Of a DNA stretch of 64,000 bases, positions 51,716 through 63,475 are shown one piece after another. The notes beneath the pieces were generated by a model. That model searched no databases, had not been told where the DNA came from, and saw nothing but the letters and a program-made list of their open reading frames with translations. A program made the position numbers and the translations under genes. The stretch's first letter is position 1; every line of letters starts with the position of its first letter. The stretch comes from Trichosphaerium sp. ATCC 40318 (Eukaryota; Protista; Tubulinea), in NCBI GenBank assembly GCA_038496445.1, contig JALMLS010000208.1:197233-261232 (forward strand), read 5' to 3'.

Positions 51716-52687
51716 TTATTTATTTTTGTGTACAGTGCTTAAGTTTGTTTCTGGATATTTACATCTCTTTCCATCACCATACATTCTTTTAGCCTTAAGA
51801 TGCCCATTCTCATACCACTGAGTACATTCACCATCCAACTTTCCATCAACATATCTTGCGTTTACCTTACGCTGTCCATTCTCATACCACATACTGTATT
51901 CACCATGTTTCTTTCCTTCGACATATCTTTTTTGTCTCCGAAGTTGTCCATTCTCATACCATCTCTTGACCTCACCATGCCTCTTACCTTGAATGAACGT
52001 AATTTGGGCCTTGAGTATACCATTCTCATACCACCAACAGTATTCACCATCCTCCTTTCCATCAATATATGTTGTTTTTAACTGAATTTGTCCGCTTGCA
52101 TACCACTGTTTATGTTCTACAGTATCTTCCCCCTCAATATACATTTTTTGTACTGCAAGCTGTCCGTTTTCATACCATGTCTTTACCTCACCAATCTTCT
52201 TGTCGTTAATACAGGTTTGTTGCTTCGCAAGTTGTCCGTTCTCGTGCCACATCTTTTGCTCACCGTTCATCTTGCCATTAGTATACATTGTCTGATACTT
52301 AAGTTGCCCGTTCCTGTGCCACTGCTTTCGCATGCCTTCCTTTAGTCCTTTTACATACACAACGTCTCGACAAGGGTTTCCTCCTGTGTACCAACTGTTG
52401 TACTTACCATGTTTTTTATCATTATTGAACCATGCTTGAAACCATAGCTGTCCGTTCTTGTGCCACTGTTTCATCACTCCATGTTTTTTACCATCAACCA
52501 TCATTGTTTTACTTTGCACAGTACCACGTCTATGCCAAGTAATCCAAAGACCTCTTTTGTTGAGATTGTCGTTGTAATGTGTGTTAATAGCAGCCGTTTT
52601 TGATAACACGTGGAACTTATGAAATGTTTCCTTGTTGAAAGTACATAGATATTGTTGAAGTTCATTGGGAAGTTGTATAAGAGACAT
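51716..52687 (-). CDS. Intronless F-box-like + MORN-variant repeat protein
   Basis: N-terminal LIQLPNELQQYLCTF followed by about 11 repeats of 24 aa (KHGxxxxWYENGQ). Confidence 0.9.
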   Translation of the reverse strand: MSLIQLPNELQQYLCTFNKETFHKFHVLSKTAAINTHYNDNLNKRGLWITWHRRGTVQSKTMMVDGKKHGVMKQWHKNGQLWFQAWFNNDKKHGKYNSWYTGGNPCRDVVYVKGLKEGMRKQWHRNGQLKYQTMYTNGKMNGEQKMWHENGQLAKQQTCINDKKIGEVKTWYENGQLAVQKMYIEGEDTVEHKQWYASGQIQLKTTYIDGKEDGEYCWWYENGILKAQITFIQGKRHGEVKRWYENGQLRRQKRYVEGKKHGEYSMWYENGQRKVNARYVDGKLDGECTQWYENGHLKAKRMYGDGKRCKYPETNLSTVHKNK

Positions 52688-52827
52688 CTTTATAGGATGG
52701 TACTGAAGTTTAGTTTAATTGTTGTAATTTCGAAATAAGAATGGTAATCTTGAAGCGGCACTCTTTAATCTTCAAATAGTACCACAAGAACGCTTTTACG
52801 TGTTTAGGCGTTAAATTTAATAACCGC

Positions 52828-52967
52828 GGGTTTGCACTACTTTTCGCGAAATTGATTAGAGCCACAATTGACTAAAAAGTGTGCTGTTTTCTGCAAAAAT
52901 GTTGTACAAAAGGCCGCTAAAAGAACAGATTTCGAAGAATACAACATGCTGCCAAATGTGCAAACCC
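52828..52967. mobile_element. 140-bp MITE inserted upstream of the MORN gene
   Basis: TIR GGGTTTGCAC...GTGCAAACCC; the paralogous upstream region near 24085 (TAACCG|TTATACCTG) lacks it, giving the empty site. Confidence 0.8.
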
Positions 52968-53287
52968 CGTTTAAACCTGTGTTACAGATAGACAGGAAGC
53001 CAATTGTAAGCGTTTTCACGTGTTTTAAGACTTAAGTCACCGCTGCGGCTATTTATCGTGTTTTCAAAACATGGTGTTCATGACTGTTCTATAACTGACT
53101 GTAGATGCTTGTCAACAAAACACGTGTTAAAATAGTCACAAAACAGGACGTTTAGAAATCGTTAACACCAGGAAGCGGCAAAAACCACAACAAAAAATCA
53201 TGTTCTCCCTTTTCTTTTCAATCAACTGGTAATATTGAATCTAAAGAATGGTACTCTGTTTTATTTATTCGTTGTACATAATAGTTC

Positions 53288-56097
53288 TTATTCAACAGTT
53301 GCATATCCTTGTTTCTTTCTGCAAACAAAAAACCACACAGCAAATACTAAAGAGTAGAAATTAGAATGAACACAAAAAGTATCAGGTTTTTCTGCATTTA
53401 AAAAGTCTGCGTACTAGCACTCAACAAAACAACTGCAACAATAAATACAACTAAAACTGAGAACCACAAGCCACCAGCTAAACAATTTGTTAAAGATTGA
53501 AAAAAGTGAACAAAAGAAAGACAACCTTTCGTGCATTCAGTTGCACCAACGTCTGATGTCAACCAACTGCATTTCTTGCATTCGTTTCCGGTTTGGTATG
53601 TATCTTATAAAACAATAAGTGTATAAGACAGTTATATTAGCTACTTACCAGCACTACATGGAGTACACAGCGCTCTATTATTGGTGACAACACTACCATC
53701 AATACATTTATCACATGTTATTGTTCCATTGCTAGACCATTCGTGTCAGTTCCTCAAGACATTCAATAAACCGATATACTTACATTGGACTAAAGTGACG
53801 TTCGTCACATGGAATACAACTTGTCATACCTTCGCCAGGAGCTTTTAGACCTAATGATGATATTAGTAATGAGAACAGTTTGAAATTTGCTGTTGAACGT
53901 ACCAGGAGGGCAAAGATCACATGATGATGCTCTTGTAGAGTTTGAATAACTTCCTTTATCGCAGTTTTCGCATGTAAGAATAAAACCGTCGCTTGCTTTT
54001 CCCCTGTCACAAGAGACTAGGTTTACAGCAGTTAGTAATGAAGTAGAGAACAAGTATCAAAAAAAAATTAGCATCATAAATCTTATTTCGTTTTCAGAAC
54101 ACGTGATCTTTTAATTACCTTTTTCGTCGACTTGATTATTACTGAATAGACTATGAAATGTTGCGTTAGGGTATTCTGTAGTATTAGGAAAAGTAACGTC
54201 AAAAGGAGGAGCATTGAAAATGCTTCCCTATGGTTCAATGTTAGCTTACAAAGTACGAAACAAAAACAAGTCTTACTTGGTACATCAGAATGTTATCTTG
54301 AAAGGCTGATCCCGTGACTACAAATTCGAATGGAAATCCGTCCTCAGAAAATTCCAACTAGGGCATAGTTAACAACAAATACTTGGTAAGAGATGAAACC
54401 AGAAAGGAGATTCTTACATCTGGATAAATCGAGCCAATTGTGAAGGGTTCCATAATACATTCTCGGGATTTGCATGTTGTTGTTGTCTTCTCAAATATAC
54501 TGTTATTGATACGGATACCACTCATTCTTGTAGGAGTGCTGTAATCTCTCTTTATTTCATTTCGAATATATCGAGGGCTTAAAGCCTATGGTTCGCAGAA
54601 AGTGTTAAAAGTATACCAAAAAAAAAAAAAAACAACTTACGTATGTGTTGTTACTGAAAACACATGATTCAAAGGTCGTATATACACTTGTAATTTCAAT
54701 ACTACTATTTGCCATCTGGGATACATTGACATTGGTAAAGATAACTTCTGGTGCTAAAAAAAGATGTCAAGATATGCCAAAAAAAAAACAAGACAAAAAA
54801 AAAATCGTGTGATATTTTATCACAGGCTGTTAAAACAAGTACTGCGTTCACGTTCGCTTAACTACTAACAAAATGGGTGACTAAGTCATTTTCCCCGCTG
54901 GAGTAGTTAAGCGAACATGAAGAAGTATCTGTTTTTACGGCACTCATCGATGGGTGGGCACATTTTGAAAAGGGCAAGAAATAGTCTGGTACCATTTAAT
55001 TGTACGATGCTTGTTTCAATAAACTGACAGTCTGTTAAATAAAGTGCTTTTTGAAAGACAGAAGGTTTTGTTACTGATACACGTATTTTACTGAATAAAG
55101 TTGAGTTGATGAATACGTTTATTCCGGACATTGATAGCTGTGAGGTAACTATATAAATCCTCATTAGTACAGTTGTACCAATAAGAAAAAAAAAAAAAAA
55201 AACATAACACGTGCCTGAGGATGAGAAAGAACAGCCATGTATAAAAACATCATGTCTCGCTGATATTCCATAAACAGAAGAAAATCCTAAACAATATTGT
55301 AAGAAGCTAGGAAGCCTTTTTGAATGATTGTGTAAAAAACCCCAAGTCGAAGCTGAACCTTCTCAAAAACAAACGAGAATCATTCACAAACTTTCTGTTA
55401 GACGCTTTTTCAGAGCTTCCACAAAATTATGTCGACTTTCATTTAACACTGGGAAAAGATCATAAAATTTTTACTTTTCGGGGCAGCTCTTTTTGGACAA
55501 CCAAAATCGCCTCTAACAAACTCATAATTTATGTTGTCCAGTGAAAAATGAAAGTCGATGCATCGTTATCGTTATCAGCTTCAAAAGAAAAATAAATAGA
55601 TAATACATTTTTGAGCACGTGATTTCGAATTTGCGTTAAACTTTACCTTCAAGTTCTATTGATCCAAACGTAGCTTTAAAATCCCAACTAAGTGAATTAT
55701 AAGGCAGTGACGCGTTTAGGGTCGGTACACCACGAAAAACAGCTAAACCAAGTGTTGTCACTTCCACTTCTTGACTGTAGTCCGTGTACGCGCCAGCTAC
55801 AACACAAAAACAGTAAGTCAACGCGAACAGAGGAAAAAAGCAATGTTGTGCTTTAACATACCTTCAACGCAAACAACAAACGTGTTATCTATCCCATCTA
55901 CTGTCGATACAGCTTTTTTAATGGTGTAGAAGGGAGATATTTCTGTGCCATTTCCTGTACCGTCAGATCCTCGATTACTAACGTATGTATCACATGGCTG
56001 CGCATTGGAGAAGCATAAACAAAACACTACAAAGATTAGTGGAGATAATGGAAACCCAGTCCTATAACGTACGTAAACCAATTACAACCTTAAGCAT
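53288..56097 (-). CDS. Type I membrane protein: pectin-lyase-like beta-helix + Cys-rich (GCC2/GCC3-like) repeats + TM
   Basis: Signal peptide MLKVVIGLLFCLCFSNA; YVSNRGSDGTGNGTEISPFYTIKKAV; CQF/SCVFSNN repeats; CENCDKGSYS...CDLCPPGTF; TM GLWFSVLVVFIVAVVLLSAS. Confidence 0.75.
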
Positions 56098-56697
56098 AAT
56101 GATAAAGAGGAGCGACTGTTAATGTAGGCGAAAGGTAAAATACCGTTTTGAACACGTGAATTTAATGGCACAAAGTCATTGTTCCCAAAAGCCTGAGAAA
56201 GGTAAAGCAACAACACTCAAGCGTAGCAAAAATACAGGAGCAAACGTTTCTTGAATATTCAAGCGCAAGTGATCTCGTGAACTCGAAAAGTAAAAATGAT
56301 ATCGACCGTACCTTTCTTTTCATTTACAACGCTTTAATCGCCTATTGTATAAAAGTACACGCCAATAAATAGTACTTCCAATACCCTTGCTAATTTGTGC
56401 TGAGAGAGCTGCGATTGTCAAAAACTGTGACGTCACTGTACGTAACACCAAAATTATTTTTTTTTAAATACTAGCTATTAATCACGTGGGTCGTATGCTT
56501 TAGAAGCTTTGTACAATTATTTTCAATCCTATTAAACGGTATATCACATATCTAAGAAAGGTACTTGGTGGAATAAACTACGTTTCATCTGATTTGGGAA
56601 AAGTTGTTTATTACTTTTTTGAGAAAAGTTGAAAAACGGTTTGTTGTATTTCACGGATATCTATCACCCTAGTCCTGTAGTATTCTACTCTACAAGT

Positions 56698-57776
56698 TTA
56701 AGCATCTGTAAACTTGTTCTCTTTGATGATTCTTGTTTTCTTTGGATCAGGAACAATACCAATAGGATTCTTTGTTGAGTGAGATTCATACCACATGCCG
56801 AGCTTATTAGAAACAAGGCGAAAGAATATTCTTCTTCCTGATTCTTTCATTGGTAACGCTTCATGCGGTGTTCTATCTGTTAACCAATACATAGACCTAC
56901 CTTTCAGTAACGACATTCTCTCTCTTGGCAAGGCATTCTTCAAGTGCTCCAAATCACCCAAAGATCCAATAACTGATGTTCCATCTTTTTTATCCTCAAT
57001 GCTTACGTCCCAGATAGCGCACGTGTCATCCAAATTTGTAGCAATAAACATACCATCTTTTAAACCATATCCGCCACCCCAAGCTTCATCATAATATCCA
57101 TGTGAGGTTCCTAGTTTACCCGGAAACTCAATATGAACACCTGGTCTTCGTTGTGTTTTACCTTTCTCAACAAAAGACTCTTGTATTGTTAAGAAGCATA
57201 TTGTACCTTCTTGCTGCTTGTCTACAGTAAGTGCGATATCTAGCAAGTATATGTAAGGCCACAGATCTTCAGGGAGTTGATCCTTGAAGAGTTTTTTGTC
57301 CATCTTTAGAGGCATCATATTGATATCAATATCTTTTCCTGAAGGTGAAGGAAACTTGCTTGAAATGACTTTTGCGAATTGAGTTGGTTCGTGATCCCAG
57401 GATTCACAGTTTAGCTTGTCGATGATGGCGAAGTATGCCTCAAAGTAACCGTAACCCCATGTACCTCTTGGTGGGAGTTTAATGAACGGGTTGTAGTGTT
57501 CTTTGTTGTATTCAAGTACAAATTCCCAAATACGCTTTATGACAATATAGCCAACGCCTGGACTCATGTTTAGCTGAAATAAACTTGTTTTGAGTCGTTT
57601 TTTTAACAGGCGCTTAAAACCGCTTTATATTGCTACTTGCGCGTAGAAATTGTACCTTTTAGTACTGATAGGGCATTACCATCGTCATAAACGCCCATTA
57701 GAAAGATACGTGCCATAGGGTCCAAGCGAACAATTGGAGGTGCGTCATAGCCGCGAGAAGGTGCTACGTGCAGCAT
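56698..57776 (-). CDS. Putative 2-oxoglutarate/Fe(II) oxygenase-like protein (5' exons may extend to about 58.1 kb)
   Basis: RRPGVHIE (HxE), TPHEALP (distal His), RRIFFRLV (Arg); upstream exon RIFLMGVYDDGNALSVLK|GVGYIVIKRIWEFV joins in phase. Confidence 0.6.
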
Positions 57777-58422
57777 TGTCTAGGTTTACTATTCAGCTTG
57801 ACTTATTAGTGGCTTCGTTGAATGTTGGTGGCAGCAACTTCTCCTTTTTTTGCTTTGGTGAATGTACCTCCTTCAAAAAATGTACTCTGAAGACAGGCTC
57901 AAAAATCTGGTCTGCAGCTTTAAAAAAACAAGCGAGAACAGGAAAGCGTAATAACTTACTATGAGTGGAATGTGTTTATTGCACCACATTTTTTTTGCCA
58001 TGAATTCATCGGGAAATGGCCACTCTTGTGATTTCAATGGATTTTTTAGGCATATCCCATTCAACTTAGGCAAGCGCTTACACGTGATAATAGCTGCCTA
58101 TACCTTACCTGAAAACAACTGTGTACTGATTTTTTGTTAGTATCACAACCCCAGTGTGGACAGATTCTGGTTCTTGTAGCATATCTCACAATTATTCCTC
58201 GGCTAGTAGATGCGAGAGACAATACTTTGTTGTGGTTAAAAGTACCTTGAAGTACACGCCTTTTATATATTGAAAAGAGGTGCTGAAGAAAAAATGTTCC
58301 TAAGCAGTTTAAACCAACAGTGAGTTGTCAAACAGTAAACGAACCAAATATTATACTAAGTGCACTATGATCCACTATGGCTACCTACTCTTTTTATGTA
58401 TTCATATCCCTTAGTGTACGTA

Positions 58423-60344
58423 ATGAATACAACGCATCACAGCACTATTCTATGGTTTCTTTTTGTATTGTTTTCATTTCAAGGTACCTAGTGATGTTTC
58501 CGTTTTGAGTCTTCGAGCAGTTACACTTGTACCTTCCTACTTTACGTTTAAACCATTACTAGCATTTGCTTTGGAGATGAATACATGGGGTGACTTACGT
58601 CCCTTGGGTATGGAACAAGTACTGGAGAATACTGAAGAAAGAATTCGTGACCCTGTCGTTGCTGTTGGTAAAATACCCGGCAAGGGAGATGTTGTGTGTT
58701 TAGCTGTGCGCACCGCTAGTACTACTGTGGAGGGATATGTGAACATAACTGGATTTGCTATTATGATGGGTACAATCGAAGGCAAGTCACGTGTTTTTTT
58801 CACATCCACGCTGGCAATTAATATGGTGTTAGAAATTTCCGACGGAGCTGCCAGTGTTCGTAAAGTAGTGTCAGTAGAAGTGGATTACTTACAGATTGTA
58901 TATGGAAACAATGAATTTGCTGTGTTAACTCTGGATACAGTTAGTCCTTCAACATTCGCCATGAACCTACGATTTGTTGGGTACAATGAAGGTGTACGTA
59001 CTTTATCTCAATTTAATTGAGCTAACCCTCATCTGTGTAGCTTACAATTTCAGAACCTCTTGAACTACATACTAGTAGCGCCAAATTTAGGGCGGATTAT
59101 GGTTTCACCTTTGCTAGCTGTATGTTTCTATAGCAAAGCAACATGTATTGATAATAACCTGATACTTTAGCTACAAAAACGTACATGATTATCAAAGGAG
59201 GTTTTATTCCTATCTTCGTGAACGAAGACAAACAAGTCCGAATGAGCGACAAAAACTGTACGTTTATAACAACACTTTCTTATTTACTACCCTTTTTAGT
59301 TAATAACCAAGGAGCTGAAAGACTTACTACCGCTGTTGCCATGGATGACTGCTTCCTTTTCTTATATGTTAGAAGTCATTCAATCTTTTCAGGGTCTACC
59401 ACTTATCCCTACGCCGACGTAAGGATATAAGCAAACATGTAAAATACTTGTAGTATTTCTAACTTATCAACTAGGTACTTCTTCCTGGTTACATAAGCAG
59501 CTCTACATATTTTTATAACAATGTAGCATATGACCCAGTATCCAAACATGCTGCTGTGTTTGTATACTTCCTCAGTGATAAAAGCCTGAAGCTTAAGCTG
59601 CTTTCATTGAATTGTACACACGAAAACTCACTACAAGTTAACGAAACTCTCTTGTCAAAAGAACGTGACATTGACATAAATCCAAGAAAAGTGGTCATAG
59701 CTGCTTCTTCACATGATGACAAAGCGTTTATTGCGTCTGTGATAGAAACGAAAGGACGTAGAAAGACAGTTCTCTATTCCATATCAGGTGAAAACCATGT
59801 AATTTCAAATGTATTACCAAGAGAACCGTATCATCCTATAACTCAAGATGTAGCTTGGATATCCCATGTCGGAACACGATGTGGTGTCGGTATTGTACGC
59901 ACTATAGACTAATAAGTGTTTTATTAACCGCCATTTAAGGTTGTGGCACAAATCCAAAAGACAGTGTATTTTTTTTTCGCTGATGATCAATATTTATGTC
60001 CTCCTCCACCTACTCCTCGTCCGCCTCCCCCAACGTATTCTCCATCTTTACAACCTCCTACAAACCCATTATCACCAATGTCAACCCAAACCCGGTCTCC
60101 ATCAGTACAACCAAGTGTCAACTCGCCAAATGATTCAAACGTTCCAGGTGAAGAACCTCCAACAAACATCCCTGATCTACCTCCAATGACGTCTAGTGCG
60201 CTTTCGGTGAAAATCAACACAAGGTTGTTTGCCCTCTCAGGGTGTTTGATAATATGTCGTTTACTGAGTGTAATGCATTCAAAACAACCAATAAACGCTG
60301 CAATCATGATTCCCCAAAATGTAATTTGGATTTTGAAAATCTAA
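58423..60344 (+). CDS. Secreted surface protein with Pro-rich stalk and hydrophobic C-terminus, paralog A
   Basis: Signal MNTTHHSTILWFLFVLFSFQ|AFA; PVVAVGKIPGKGDVVC, IVYGNNEFAVL, VAYDPVSK; CPPPPTPRPPPPT stalk. Confidence 0.65.
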
Positions 60345-61117
60345 AAAGGTTGGTTGCACTTATCTAATATCATTTACAAGTTGTTTATTTGTTAACAATT
60401 GTTAATACATACTAAAGCTTTTTCACCAAAATTTGAACGTGATATGCCATCGTTTCAATCAATTTGATCTTCCACACTTTTCTGTTTATTCTAATTAGAG
60501 GGCAGCTTTGCTTGTTTAAACTAGCACCATTCAACATATAGCGGACCCTCCAACTACTCGCCATTCAGAATTCTGTCCAACAAAGTTCTGCTAATAAAGT
60601 AGTGCAGGTCTCTCTGGATGTTCACACTGTATTATTTGCAGTATTACTTAAACCGTAGCAGTAGAAAGAAGCGTGTATTATTCTGTTTATGGTCTCTTAG
60701 ACCATAGCTCTAATTCAACCTTTTGTAGGAACTTCACAGTTCCATGGTTTGAGTGCTTGTAGTTGAAAAAACAGCATTGCTTTCGTTGTACCATAGTAAT
60801 AAAAACTGCAGTGAAGTATCTTTTTGCTACACCCAACCTAGAGAGTAGCAATTTTGCTTCTAAGTCAAGTTTTCAGAAAGTTTGAACTGGAAATCCTCAT
60901 GCGTAATCACTCTACGAGATTCCACTATGCCTTGGCTAACGTTAATGTTGGATTTTTGCTAGTGACTCAAAGAAGCGTTGGGTTTTGGTTTTTGGTTTTT
61001 GCCACTATCCGCCACAGTCGTAAAAAAATTCATGAGAAGCAACAAATGTTCATTGAATGCAAAATCTTATTTTACTTCCTCCTTCATTACGTGGCAACTT
61101 CTCAATTAAACACGAAA

Positions 61118-63011
61118 ATGACTATCACATCATTTTATACGCTATGTATAGTTGCCGTACTGTTCATGTCTGCAAGTACGCCTTCAATTTTTCGGAGTCT
61201 TTTTTTTTATGTGGATTCTTACAAAGGATTTTCTAGGCGCTACGACTTTCAACACTTGGACTGATATGCGCTCAGCAGGGCTTGATACTTTTCTATACGC
61301 TTCGCCTGAGGATGAAGGTTTAGAAAATCCTGTAGTCGCTACAGGTGTTATTGAAGGACATGGACAAGTTGTTTGCTCGTTGTCGACCATAATGGAAACT
61401 CCTGATACTAGCAAGCGGAAGACAGCTCCTCGAAGGTCTGCAGGATTATTGATAACAGTAGGTTCAATACAAGGTAACAGTACAAAATAAGTTCGGCTTG
61501 GATTAAAACTTACTAAATTTAGATATCCAGACCAACAGTAGCACCACTATTAGGCTTGATAAAGAAAGAGAACCAAGAGCTGTTAGTGTCATACACGGTA
61601 ACAATGAGTTCGCTATATTGTATTGCGCTTCTGTTTTCCCAAAAAGAAGAGTTCCGGCCAACATCCCATGTGCAGTTCGTTTTGTAACATCAAACAATGG
61701 AGTACGCAAAAAATCAACACAGAAGACTCGACACTGGCTAACTATTTATTTTTTGTAGACGTTTGAAATTTCCTCAGCTCAAGAAATTATAACAGGAAGC
61801 CCGTCTAATAGCGAGTATGGATTCACTTATGATTCAAGTACGGCAAAGTTCTAACAAACAAAAAAAAAACCAGAATTTTCTTCTTTTTTTTTCTTACTTT
61901 TCTTCTTTGTAGAGACCAATAGCTACATGATTGTACAACAAGTTGATGGCTAATTCCAGTTTTTATCGACCAAGTTAGCCGAAATGAAACTATGTCACCT
62001 AAATATGGAGCAAACTGTAAGTGGCTTTTTAAGCGTTGTACTAAACGAAGCTCACTTTTTTGTAGTCACACAAAACTCAGTACAATTTGGTGCCTCTGCA
62101 GTTGTTGATGGGTGCTATATCAGTACGTTTAAAAATACTGGAGTAAATGGAATCTTTGTAACAGCACTTAACCAAGTTGGGAATGAGGTACGCTCTTGAC
62201 TAGACAAAATCAATCAACGACTGAAGCTGACCATTTTTACAGGTTGTCTATCAACAACTTCTTGTTAATGATACTCAAATTACCGCGTATGGAAGTCTAG
62301 CTTATGATCCAATATCTAAGCAGTTTGCTCTTCTCTATGGTAATGGCACAAACGATGCTGTGACTATTCGTATTCAACAGTTCTCACTTGACTGTAATGC
62401 AACCAACCCAAGTGTCACAATTCTATCAAATGTAGCGCTTACAAATGATACCGAGTTTACTAATGACGAATCACGTGCTTTCACAATCATAAATACAACT
62501 GCGTATGAGTCATCGTTTTTAGCAGTCTACACTGTTGATCCATTCAACCCGAAACTATTCATGGCATCAATTGACAGCAGCAACAACATTGTGAAGAAAG
62601 AGCTACCTACAACATTAAACAACAGTCCATCAAACCCTGATATACGTGGTTGGATGATCAATCTTCTAACTGTGGAGCAGCATTGGTAAGCGCTTTTGGC
62701 CCATAGTTTTTTTGCAATCTACTAACTGTTTATCAAAGGTTGTTGTTCAAACTACAATACAGAACAACGAAGTGAATACAACAACAGAAATAATGGTTAC
62801 AGACGATTCACTTGAAGTCTTTTCATGCCCACCGCCGCCAACTACAACCCCTCCATCTACGTCCTCACCAACAACCGAACCTCCCACAATGGAGCCGCCT
62901 GTGTCTACTTCACCAACTCAAGCAAATTCTCCGTCCTCAGATACAAGTGAAGCATCTATTCCAAAGGTTTTCGCAATGTGTTGTATTACAGCAATCGCAC
63001 TTCTTGTTTGA
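61118..63011 (+). CDS. Secreted surface protein with Pro/Thr stalk and GPI-like tail, paralog B
   Basis: Signal MTITSFYTLCIVAVLFMSA; PVVATGVIEGHGQVVC, VIHGNNEFAIL, LAYDPISK; CPPPPTTTPP stalk; ends KVFAMCCITAIALLV*. Confidence 0.7.
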
Positions 63012-63475
63012 ACCCTTCATTGAAAGCCTATCAAAAATAAACTACACATTGTTTCACGCTTTGTCGTCATTCTGTGTGCCGATCTTTTTAGTATAATAGA
63101 GTGCTTTTACCGTGTTCTTTCAACTTTCTATTCAAACACGCGCATCACAGTTCCAAATTTGAGGCTTTGTGTTTAGCGCTTGGGCTTCCATAGCTTGTCT
63201 ATTAGTGCTTTATTTAAATAATGACACGTCCTGCTTCTGACTTACGTTTGTCAGTCTGCTGAAACATAACTACTACTGATGAGTGTAGTAGAAACCATCC
63301 CGGGCTTGTTGTATTGATCACGTGTTCGAACGAGTTGGAAAAAAATGCTCGAAAAAATTCAATACTTTTTTTTCTAAACTCACAATGGAGAATAATTGCG
63401 GCGGGTTTTTTTAATTGTTTGTGTTTATTGTGCGTGTCTTAGTAGCGTAATATCGTACTGTTCAATGTTGAGCGT

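Noticed and set aside
22830-52345. Plus-strand ORFs overlapping the MORN genes (22830-23546, 51800-52345)
   Set aside because: Antisense shadows of the repetitive MORN coding sequence.
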